NCBI RefSeq assembly: GCF_020969955.1
Contig: NZ_JAHDSX010000067.1
Coordinates: 1 to 8,258, forward strand
Length of the DNA stretch: 8,258 nucleotides
Reading direction: 5' to 3'
DNA from: Allobaculum fili
GTDB taxonomy: Bacteria > Bacillota_I > Bacilli_A > Erysipelotrichales > Erysipelotrichaceae
Below the pieces are notes generated by a model. It was not told the origin of the DNA. It did no database searches and saw only the letters and a list, made by a program, of their open reading frames with translations. Shown here piece by piece: positions 1 to 6,081 of this stretch. Each line of letters opens with the position of its first letter. Position 1 is the first letter of the stretch. The translations under genes were made by a program, and so were the position numbers.

Positions 1-40
1 GGATGATTTTTTCAACAGGTAGAAAATCATCCTTTTCGTC
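1..40 (+). terminator. Putative intrinsic terminator of a plus-strand gene lying left of the window
   Basis: Perfect 10-bp inverted repeat GGATGATTTT (1-10) / AAAATCATCC (23-32) with a 12-nt loop, followed by TTTT (33-36). The stem is AT-rich, the T-run is short, and the element sits at the window edge. Confidence 0.35.
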
Positions 41-266
41 ATGCCTGAGACGCAAAATATAAGAAATGACAACGCTCATGAACAGGGTATACGATTTTTA
101 TCCCTCCTTAACTTAATGACATTGGAATCAATGCCATAAAAAACCGCCTCCAGCATCAGTGTAGCGTCTCGTAAAGATCGAGAAGCCGGCTTTTGCTCAA
201 GACGGTTTTTCAATGGCTCTATCGAAATTTCAGATCGGAGAATTCATGCGATTTCCGTTTTTCTTC

Positions 267-299
267 TCCGTATATGTGCTCCGGATATCCGTATATGTG
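267..299. repeat. Two perfect 12-nt direct repeats TCCGTATATGTG spaced 21 bp, bridged by the 10-bp palindrome CGGATATCCG
   Basis: TCCGTATATGTG occurs at 267-278 and 288-299. CGGATATCCG (282-291) equals its own reverse complement. Degenerate CGTA-containing copies follow at 303-306 and 316-319. The repeats lie in the 345-bp non-coding stretch downstream of the AI-2E gene. Confidence 0.6.
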
Positions 300-385
300 T
301 TTCGTATGCAGGAAACGTACCGATTTTTTACAGGGGCAGATTTCTATTTCCCATTCGGTTTTCCTCCGGATTTTTCAGTCCAGAT

Positions 386-1990
386 TTATTTGGACGAAGA
401 ATCGTTTTTAACCGTCGCCGCGTTTTGCGCGGGTTCCGGGTCTTTGGCAGGATCGGCGTCCTTCGCTGGATTCGGCTCTTTGACCGGATTGGACGGCTCG
501 GATGGCTTTATCGATGCGGCGGGCTTTTCTGAAGAATCCGAAACCTGACTCAGCGCTTTCGAAGCGGCTTCGGCATTTTTTTGAAGGTCTTCTCGTTCTT
601 CTTTTGTCGGCGATTCGAGATTGGCCGGACTGGAAGGACGAATGTCTTCATCGGTCATGTCGTAGGCACAAAGCAGCGCGTCCAGACGGCGGCGCAGATC
701 TTCATCATCGCGAATCATCTGTTCGACTTCCACCTGCGCTTGAGGATTTTCATCCACCGACTTGCGCAGTTCCATCATTTCGGAACGCATTTTCTGAACA
801 ACGTTCTTGCTGGCGTTTTTCTGCCCCTTTTCGTTTGATTCCTTTTCGCGCTCCTGCTCCTGTTCGCGTCTGGCTTTGAGTTCGGCCAGATCGATTTTGG
901 CAATCTTATAGACGGAAGCCATCAGAGGCACGCCGAGGATCATGCCCAGTACGCCAAAAAGCGTACCGCCGACGACGATCGTCATCATGACGTAAATGCC
1001 GGGCAGACCGACTTTATTTCCGATAACACGCGGGAAGAAGACGTTGGATTCGATCTGCTGAATGATGCAGAGGAAAATCAGGAAGATCAGACACTTGGTC
1101 GGCGAAATGGTAAAGATAATGAACGCGCCGATGCCGCCGCCGATAAAGGCGCCGACCATCGGGATCATGTTGATAACGCCGACAAGAATGCCGATCATCG
1201 TCGCATACGGCAGCTGCAAAATCAGCATGCCGACTATGCACATCGTCGAAAGAATAGCCGCTTCAATAATTTCGCCCAGAATGAACGATTTGAACGAGTC
1301 ATTGACAATGCGCAGGTCGCGGGTCAGATGCGTCCGTTTTGGCTTGGACACGTAGAGATCGACAAAGGTGTAATAGCCTTTGACAAAGCGTTCCTTTTCC
1401 GCCAGAACATAGGAGGCGAAAATCACAACTACAAACGTATTCACAAAAAAGCTGACAAAGGAGGACACCAGGTTCATCGTGCTGTCCATCACATTGGAGC
1501 CGCCGCTTCCGTTGGTCAGAAAGCGGACAATCACTTCAAACGTCTGATCCCAGTCAATCGGGTTGGCTTTCAGCTTTTCGAGAAGCGAAGGGTAGTTGTG
1601 CAGAAGCTTTTGCAGGAGCGTTTCCACTTCGTTGAAATACTCCGGTGCTTCGCTTGTCAGCATGCGCAGCGCGCTGATCAGGTTTGGAATAATGATCGAC
1701 AGAATCAGGATGATGATCAGAAACATCACCAGAAACGAAGTCAGAATGGCCAGCGCTCTGGCATGATTCTTCACAAACGGCTTATCGGATTTTTTCAGCC
1801 GGTCTTCGACCGGGCACATGATCAGATTCAGCACGAAGGCCAGAGCAGCCCCGCCAAGCAGAGAAGTAATCGATCGAAGCAGGATATCGATGCCGGAAAC
1901 AACATAGGAAAAGTTTGTAATGAACAAAATCGCCAGGACGACAATGACTCCCATCATCCAGAGCGTTCTGTACTTTTTAAAGATTTTCAT
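386..1990 (-). CDS. AI-2E family transporter (PerM/UPF0118-type permease) with a ~170-aa charged, Pro-rich C-terminal extension
   Basis: 534-aa ORF. About the first 365 aa are polytopic and hydrophobic, with the AI-2E-like pattern (MKIFKKYRTLWMMGVIVVLAILF..., ...INMIPMVGAFIGGGIGAFIIF..., ...FFPRVIGNKVGLPGIYVMMTIVVGGTLFGVLGMILGVPL). GAGG lies 9 nt upstream of the ATG at 1990. The family call is from remembered sequence character, not a search. Confidence 0.88.
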   Translation of the reverse strand: MKIFKKYRTLWMMGVIVVLAILFITNFSYVVSGIDILLRSITSLLGGAALAFVLNLIMCPVEDRLKKSDKPFVKNHARALAILTSFLVMFLIIILILSIIIPNLISALRMLTSEAPEYFNEVETLLQKLLHNYPSLLEKLKANPIDWDQTFEVIVRFLTNGSGGSNVMDSTMNLVSSFVSFFVNTFVVVIFASYVLAEKERFVKGYYTFVDLYVSKPKRTHLTRDLRIVNDSFKSFILGEIIEAAILSTMCIVGMLILQLPYATMIGILVGVINMIPMVGAFIGGGIGAFIIFTISPTKCLIFLIFLCIIQQIESNVFFPRVIGNKVGLPGIYVMMTIVVGGTLFGVLGMILGVPLMASVYKIAKIDLAELKARREQEQEREKESNEKGQKNASKNVVQKMRSEMMELRKSVDENPQAQVEVEQMIRDDEDLRRRLDALLCAYDMTDEDIRPSSPANLESPTKEEREDLQKNAEAASKALSQVSDSSEKPAASIKPSEPSNPVKEPNPAKDADPAKDPEPAQNAATVKNDSSSK

Positions 1991-2074
1991 GGGCTTTTTC
2001 CTCGCAAATTACAGTTTGTTTTCACACAAAAAAGAGTCAGGCGATTTCCAGGTTCTGTCGTATAGATCCTGAAT

Positions 2075-2242
2075 TCAGGACATGGATTTTTTCAGAAACC
2101 ACAGACCGATCCCCAGACAGATCGCGGAGACAATGAGCATCCAGAGAATTCCCCAGAACAGAGAAACCATGGACAGGGCACACGCCAGGAACAGAAATAC
2201 GCAGCCAAGAATGCCGGCAGTTTTTTTCGAGACAGGTCGCAT
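2075..2242 (-). CDS. Small hydrophobic membrane protein, 55 aa, two predicted TM helices (below the ORF-track length cutoff)
   Basis: Hand translation gives MRPVSKKTAGILGCVFLFLACALSMVSLFWGILWMLIVSAICLGIGLWFLKKSMS then TGA. AAGGAGAG sits 6-8 nt upstream of the ATG (2240-2242). Codon choice (CTG, GCC, GGC, ATC) matches the neighbouring genes. Both termini are K-rich and flank two hydrophobic segments. The gene lies 84 nt upstream of the AI-2E start with no clear terminator between them. Confidence 0.55.
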   Translation of the reverse strand: MRPVSKKTAGILGCVFLFLACALSMVSLFWGILWMLIVSAICLGIGLWFLKKSMS

Positions 2243-2276
2243 ACAGGACTCTCCTTTGCTTGTTGCTTATTGGTTA

Positions 2277-2285
2277 ATCATACCA
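2277..2285 (-). promoter_or_regulatory. Candidate extended -10 promoter element (TGgTATGAT) for the small-protein/AI-2E unit
   Basis: The minus strand reads TGGTATGAT about 35 nt upstream of the small-ORF ATG. No good -35 hexamer is present (GCCTTC at 17-nt spacing). Confidence 0.3.
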
Positions 2286-2488
2286 TTGCATTTTTTAGAG
2301 AAGGCAGTTTTCCTGCTTTCTTCCCTTTTGCAGCGCATCCATTTTCTCTGGATCCCGTCGGAATGAATCCGGGTTATTCGAGCAGAAAAACGAACAGAAA
2401 TCCGGCAATTCAGGCGAGAATCGAACCGGACCAGAACCGAAAGATTTCAGGACGGCCGGTCTTTCGAGCGGCTTTCCTTTAATGGACA

Positions 2489-2523
2489 ATTTTGTGAGTT
2501 TTCATATCATTTTGTGAATTTTC
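2489..2523. repeat. Two 15-nt direct repeats ATTTTGTGA(G/A)TTTTC spaced 20 bp, abutting a consensus -10 box
   Basis: ATTTTGTGAGTTTTC at 2489-2503 and ATTTTGTGAATTTTC at 2509-2523 share 14/15 identity. The second copy ends 3 nt before TATAAT (2527-2532). Confidence 0.6.
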
Positions 2524-2526
2524 CTC

Positions 2527-2532
2527 TATAAT
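2527..2532 (+). promoter_or_regulatory. Candidate -10 box (TATAAT) for the lysozyme-like gene
   Basis: Perfect TATAAT lies 58 nt upstream of the ATG at 2590. No TTGACA-like hexamer occurs at 16-18 nt spacing (ATATCA). The nearest TTGTGA hexamers sit at 9 and 29 nt, inside the direct repeats. Confidence 0.4.
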
Positions 2533-2589
2533 TTTGGCTCATACTGATCCAGCACGTATGGTTTTTGAACAGAAGAAAGGAGAGAGACG

Positions 2590-3225
2590 ATGACCGCACA
2601 AAAGAAACCCCGAAAAAAGACACCGCCGCCCCCTCCAGGCCGTCCGCACGGACTGCGCAAGCGCGCTCTGATTTTCCCTGCGCTGCTTCTGCTGCTTTCC
2701 ATCGGATGCTCCATCTTCATCCTCACCCGTCAAAGCGATATTCCCCAGACGCAGCAGGAACTTGTTGCCTTAGTCGAGCACCAGGCGGCTGCCGAAGGCA
2801 TCAGCGACCATCTGCGCGAACTGAAGGCGATTGTTACGGTGGAATCCAACTGGTCTGCCGAAGATGTCTTTCAGTCCAGCGAGTCCCTTGGCCTTCCGCC
2901 CAATTCCCTTTCGACCGTTGATTCGATCGAACAGGGCGTCCATTACTACCATACCCTTCTCGAAAAAGCCGCCGAGCTCGGTGTAGACCAGGATGCCGTT
3001 TTTCAGGCGTACAACTTTGGCAGCGGCTACCTTGATTTTGTCGCCGCCAACGGCGGCGTCCATACCCGCGCACTGGCCGAAGAATTTTCCCGGATTCATT
3101 CCGAAGGAAAAGTCGTCTCCTACCCCAACCCCATCGCCATTGCGGCCAACGGAGGCTGGCGCTACGAATACGGCAACATGTTTTATGTCGACCTGATCCA
3201 TCAGGCTCTGGCCACCATTACCTGA
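2590..3225 (+). CDS. Membrane-anchored lysozyme-like family protein (CwlT N-terminal muramidase-type domain, Pfam Lysozyme_like-type)
   Basis: 211 aa with AAGGAGAG upstream of the ATG. The N-terminus is basic and poly-Pro (MTAQKKPRKKTPPPPPGRPHGLRKR), followed by one hydrophobic span (ALIFPALLLLLSIGCSIFIL) containing a possible lipobox-like SIGC. The domain motifs VESNWSAEDVFQSSES, QAYNFGSGY and YGNMFYV resemble the E-S...D..QSSES signature I recall for this family. Confidence 0.8.
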   Translation: MTAQKKPRKKTPPPPPGRPHGLRKRALIFPALLLLLSIGCSIFILTRQSDIPQTQQELVALVEHQAAAEGISDHLRELKAIVTVESNWSAEDVFQSSESLGLPPNSLSTVDSIEQGVHYYHTLLEKAAELGVDQDAVFQAYNFGSGYLDFVAANGGVHTRALAEEFSRIHSEGKVVSYPNPIAIAANGGWRYEYGNMFYVDLIHQALATIT

Positions 3226-3253
3226 TCCAGAATTTTTCCCTCTGGAAAATATT

Positions 3254-3292
3254 GTCAGATGCATCCGTCGCCCGGAGCGTCTGGCTTTTTTT
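3254..3292 (+). terminator. Rho-independent terminator of the lysozyme-like gene
   Basis: CAGATGC(A)TCCG (3256-3267) pairs with CGGAGCGTCTG (3273-3283), giving 11 bp with one bulge, one G-U pair and a 5-nt loop. Two further pairs extend the stem outward. Seven T residues follow immediately (3286-3292). The element starts about 30 nt after the stop codon. Confidence 0.8.
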
Positions 3293-3433
3293 CTGGGCTG
3301 GTCCCGGCGGTTTACGGCTTTTTCCTGCCAATGCGGGCTGCGAATCTGCATGCGGCCTCTCGATTTCCGATCCGCCGTACAGTGCGGACAATACGGATTC
3401 TACGGACCGTATGGCCTGTACGTTTTCGTTTTT

Positions 3434-3482
3434 CAAAAAACAAAGCTGCTCCTGGCCTGCGTGCAGGTCCATGAGCAGCTTT
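3434..3482 (-). terminator. Rho-independent terminator for trxA (minus strand), possibly bidirectional
   Basis: Perfect 10-bp stem AAAGCTGCTC (3442-3451) / GAGCAGCTTT (3473-3482), with further internal pairing (CCTG/CAGG, TGG/CCA). On the minus strand it is followed by GTTTTTTG (3441-3434). On the plus strand it is followed by the weaker ATCTTTCG. Confidence 0.7.
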
Positions 3483-3510
3483 ATCTTTCGTATGTATGAA
3501 TGGGTTAAAG

Positions 3511-3550
3511 GAGACAGAATCGAATCGGTCCGACCGATACGATTGGTCTC
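3511..3550. repeat. 40-nt imperfect palindrome / long hairpin between the trxA stop and its terminator
   Basis: GAGACAGAATCGAATCGGTC C GACCGATACGATTGGTCTC. Three helical blocks (GAGAC/GTCTC, AATCG/CGATT, ATCGG/CCGAT) give about 15-17 bp. No convincing U-run follows on either strand (TTTAAG on plus, CTTTAACCC on minus). Confidence 0.6.
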
Positions 3551-3593
3551 TTTAAGCGCGAGGCTTTCGATTATTGCGTTTTGCGAACCGGGC

Positions 3594-3920
3594 TTACTTT
3601 TCTTCAGCAGCCTGGATGAATTTCATCAGTGCGTTTTCATCCATGTAGCCGGCAGTAGCCAGAACCGGTTTGCCGTCCTTGAAGAAGACGAGCGTTGGAA
3701 CGGACTGTACTTTGAAGGCAGCCGCGATTTCCTGCTGCTTGTCGATGTCGCACTGGGCTACAACAACTTTGCCTTCGAGTTTTTCAGAGACGCTTTCGAG
3801 AACAGGATGCAGCATTTTGCAGGGGCCGCACCAGGTCGCGAAGAAGTCCACGAGTACTTCAGGATGGTTTCCTACGATTTCCTTGTAGGTATCAACAGAA
3901 TCAATATGACGAATAGACAT
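3594..3920 (-). CDS. trxA: Thioredoxin
   Basis: 108 aa: MSIRHIDSVDTYKEIVGNHPEVLVDFFATWCGPCKMLHPVL...VQSVPTLVFFKDGKPV. It has the canonical WCGPC active site and typical thioredoxin length. GGAGG lies 8 nt upstream of the ATG at 3918-3920. The 295-aa ORF in the track (3594-4481) is an upstream read-open extension, not the gene. Confidence 0.95.
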   Translation of the reverse strand: MSIRHIDSVDTYKEIVGNHPEVLVDFFATWCGPCKMLHPVLESVSEKLEGKVVVAQCDIDKQQEIAAAFKVQSVPTLVFFKDGKPVLATAGYMDENALMKFIQAAEEK

Positions 3921-4013
3921 GATTATTACCTCCTGTCCATGTACTGGACATTTGGCCGAATAGGAAAGGAAGCTGTATGCCGGTACAGTCACAGTTCCTT
4001 CCGGCTGATTCCT

Positions 4014-4019
4014 ATTATA
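4014..4019 (-). promoter_or_regulatory. Candidate -10 box (TATAAT on the minus strand) for trxA
   Basis: Plus-strand ATTATA is TATAAT on the minus strand, about 95 nt upstream of the trxA ATG and downstream of the LCP terminator. There is no good -35. The predicted leader contains a 6-bp hairpin TGTCCA/TGGACA (3934-3950) abutting the SD. Confidence 0.35.
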
Positions 4020-4096
4020 CGAATATCCGCCTCTCTGCTGGGTTTTAGCGCCCGCCCTCTGTAAAACCCAAAAGAATTTGTCTAGTTTAACTCCAT

Positions 4097-4134
4097 AAAA
4101 CAAACCGCCCGGATCTTTTTGCGGATCCAGGCGG
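4097..4134 (-). terminator. Rho-independent terminator of the LCP gene
   Basis: The minus strand reads CCGCCTGGATC-CGCAAAAA-GATCCGGGCGG, an 11-bp stem with one G-U pair, followed by TTTGTTTT. It starts 33 nt after the LCP stop codon. Confidence 0.78.
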
Positions 4135-4167
4135 AAAAATGGAGTTTTCAATGGATAAGTCTGCGAT

Positions 4168-6081
4168 TTACTGATCGCCACTCGGAATTTCGTTGAAGGC
4201 ACCTTCGCCGCCTTCGCCTGTACCCGGATCCGCCGGAGCCGGTTCAATCGGGACTTCTGTCGTACCCGGATCGATGGGCTCTTCCTGAACGGGATATGTG
4301 TAGGAAGGCGTCTGGGACGGATCGACGTAAACCCCGCCGTTTTCGTTGCCGTAATCTGGCGGAAGAATCGGGCCGATGGGCGGCTCGGTCTGGTTGGTCT
4401 GGTTGAGTACATGCTTGGAATCTTCGGAATCTTCGCTCTCTGCCGGAATCTGAGGCACACGGCCTTCCAGAACGTCTTCAATCAGGGAATGCGCGGTATT
4501 GACGTCTTCTTCGTAAACGAGCGTGACGGAAGCCGCTGCGCCAAGCGCTGCCGACATCTGCGTATCGCTTGCGCCGGTCAGGGCGTAGCTCTGGATGTTC
4601 CAGGACGGGAACGAGCTGACTTCCAGGCGAATCAGATCGCGGATCTGGCTGGACGGCATGTTCGTCGTAAACGCGGTAGAAAGCGCGGTCAGCACTTTCG
4701 GATAGTTCACCAGCATCGACGGGGACATGACGGAGCGCATGAGCGCCTTCATGACCTGCTGCTGGTTGCGGATGCGCTGGTTGTCGCCGTCGAGATAGGC
4801 ATGGCGCTCACGGGCAAACGCCAGAGCCCGCTCGCCGTCGAGATGGTTGACGCCTTCGTGCACGCCTTCGGTACCGTTGGCGTAAAAGCGTTCGACTTCC
4901 AGACCCGGTTCGACTGTGATATCAATGCCGCCGACTGCGTCGACCACATTGATCAGCGAGGAGAAGTTCACCTGTACGGTGTAGTTGATTTCAATATTGA
5001 GGAAATCTTCAATGGTAGATTCGGTTGTGCCGATTCCGTAAATGCCCGAATGGGTCAGCTTGTCGTACTGACCGGCCGCATAGCCGCACGCCGTTTCGTT
5101 TTTCCGGCAGGAAAACGGCATGTAGGAATCGCGCGGCAGGGAGACGAGAAGCACTTCGTGCGTTTTCGGATTGACCACCGCAAGCATGTTCACGTCCGTA
5201 CGGGACTTGGACATGAGCGTTCCATAGTTATCGGAACCGGAAATCATGACCACAAACGGATCCTGCGTAATATCCGCAACCGGATCCGCTTCGTTTTTCA
5301 TATCTTCCGGAATGTCTTCGTAGTACAGATACTGATCCACCGTATTGGTCAGCGTCGTCAGCGCGCCATAGCGGTTGTAGTCGTTGGCCGCGTCGAGCAG
5401 CGAGGAATGGAACTGTTCCGGCAAAACGACCGCTACGACATTGTCTGCGTAAAGCGCGTCAACCAGCTGATACTGATCGGCGAATTCAAGAATTTCGGCG
5501 TCTTTCATGCCCTTGCTTTCGAGCTGGGCCAGCGCCGCTTTCGTTCCTTCTTCATCCAGCGTCGGAACGGTACCGATCCGCTTTCCGCTCAGGGAAGCCG
5601 GATCTTTTAAATCGTAGCCTTTGGTCGAGTACGTCGTCACCGTTACGGCCATTTTTTCGCCCAGGCCAGCCGCGTCATCGAGAATGGCGTTGGTCTGCGA
5701 ATCGGAATCGTCACCGTCTTTTCCGGAATGGTTCGCCGTATGGCGCGTACCAATGATGGAAAAGAAGTCCGCGGTCTGCTGGATATACCAGCCGCCAAGA
5801 ACCGATACGCTGCCAAGCGCAACCGACAGAATGACCAGAAGCGATTTCGCCCAGGTCTTTGTCCGCCGGCGGAACAGTCCCCAGACAATAACGACAAGCA
5901 GAAGAAGCTGGAAGGCGCCAAGAACGCTCAGCTGAATCGTGCTGAACACGTCCAGGCTGAATGCCTCGAACATCAGATAGACAAATCCGCCAGCCAGAAA
6001 AAGCGAGGCAACCCATGCCAGAACCCGCATGGCTTTTGACGGTTTCGCGGGTTTTCGGCGCGATGGTCGTTTTTTGGGCAT
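4168..6081 (-). CDS. LCP (LytR-CpsA-Psr) family cell-wall glycopolymer phosphotransferase with three N-terminal TM helices, an accessory domain, the LCP domain and a Pro-rich tail
   Basis: 637 aa with GAGGAGGAG 6 nt upstream of the ATG at 6081. LCP-type core: FVVMISGSDNYG...SRTDVNMLAVVNPKTHEVLLVSLPRDSY...INYTVQVNFSSLINVVDAVGGIDI...HLDGERALAFARERH...GDNQRIRNQQQVMKAL. The N-terminus is basic (MPKKRPSRRKPAKPSK), followed by three hydrophobic spans (about aa 18-100). Confidence 0.9.
   Translation of the reverse strand: MPKKRPSRRKPAKPSKAMRVLAWVASLFLAGGFVYLMFEAFSLDVFSTIQLSVLGAFQLLLLVVIVWGLFRRRTKTWAKSLLVILSVALGSVSVLGGWYIQQTADFFSIIGTRHTANHSGKDGDDSDSQTNAILDDAAGLGEKMAVTVTTYSTKGYDLKDPASLSGKRIGTVPTLDEEGTKAALAQLESKGMKDAEILEFADQYQLVDALYADNVVAVVLPEQFHSSLLDAANDYNRYGALTTLTNTVDQYLYYEDIPEDMKNEADPVADITQDPFVVMISGSDNYGTLMSKSRTDVNMLAVVNPKTHEVLLVSLPRDSYMPFSCRKNETACGYAAGQYDKLTHSGIYGIGTTESTIEDFLNIEINYTVQVNFSSLINVVDAVGGIDITVEPGLEVERFYANGTEGVHEGVNHLDGERALAFARERHAYLDGDNQRIRNQQQVMKALMRSVMSPSMLVNYPKVLTALSTAFTTNMPSSQIRDLIRLEVSSFPSWNIQSYALTGASDTQMSAALGAAASVTLVYEEDVNTAHSLIEDVLEGRVPQIPAESEDSEDSKHVLNQTNQTEPPIGPILPPDYGNENGGVYVDPSQTPSYTYPVQEEPIDPGTTEVPIEPAPADPGTGEGGEGAFNEIPSGDQ

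Noticed and set aside
1-79. Partial minus-strand ORF starting at ATG 79-77 (MSVVISYILRLRHDEKDDFLPVEKII...) and running off the left edge
   Set aside because: The only SD-like site (AAGGAGGG, 101-108) is 22 nt from the ATG, with an in-frame TAA between them. The frame would read through the 10-bp inverted repeat at 1-32. It cannot be judged without the flanking sequence.
328-354. 8-codon mini-ORF (MGNRNLPL) on the minus strand with GGAGG 8 nt upstream, 32 nt after the AI-2E stop
   Set aside because: The signals are attractive, but the ORF is far too short to distinguish from chance and I could not build an associated attenuator structure.
1328-2065. 245-aa plus-strand ORF (and the smaller plus-strand ORFs at 213-548, 502-879, 581-838 and 1062-1355)
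   Set aside because: They are antisense shadows of the AI-2E transporter gene. Their sequences are hydrophilic, H/Q/R-rich and low-complexity, with no translation signals.
2410-2435. tRNA T-arm-like motif GGTTCGATTC on the minus strand
   Set aside because: The flanking 5-nt segments (TCCGG / CTCGC) do not pair into a T-stem. No acceptor, D or anticodon arms can be built around it.
3218-3472. 84-aa minus-strand ORF between the lysozyme-like gene and trxA
   Set aside because: Its ATG lies inside the loop of the trxA terminator hairpin. It reads through the plus-strand terminator at 3254-3292 and overlaps the lysozyme-like stop. It has no SD.
3252-4064. 270-aa plus-strand ORF
   Set aside because: It is antisense to trxA and spans three terminator or hairpin elements (3254-3292, 3434-3482, 3511-3550). 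It has no SD and its composition is not protein-like. It is a shadow ORF.
3594-4481. 295-aa minus-strand ORF treated as one gene
   Set aside because: Only the last 108 codons are thioredoxin, which has its own GGAGG and ATG at 3920. The upstream part runs across the LCP terminator (4097-4134) and overlaps the 3' end of the LCP gene in another frame. Its sequence is R/P/K-rich and low-complexity.
4411-5610. 399-aa plus-strand ORF
   Set aside because: It is entirely antisense to the well-supported LCP gene. Its R/H/G/V-rich composition is typical of an antisense frame in a GC-rich gene, and it has no SD.
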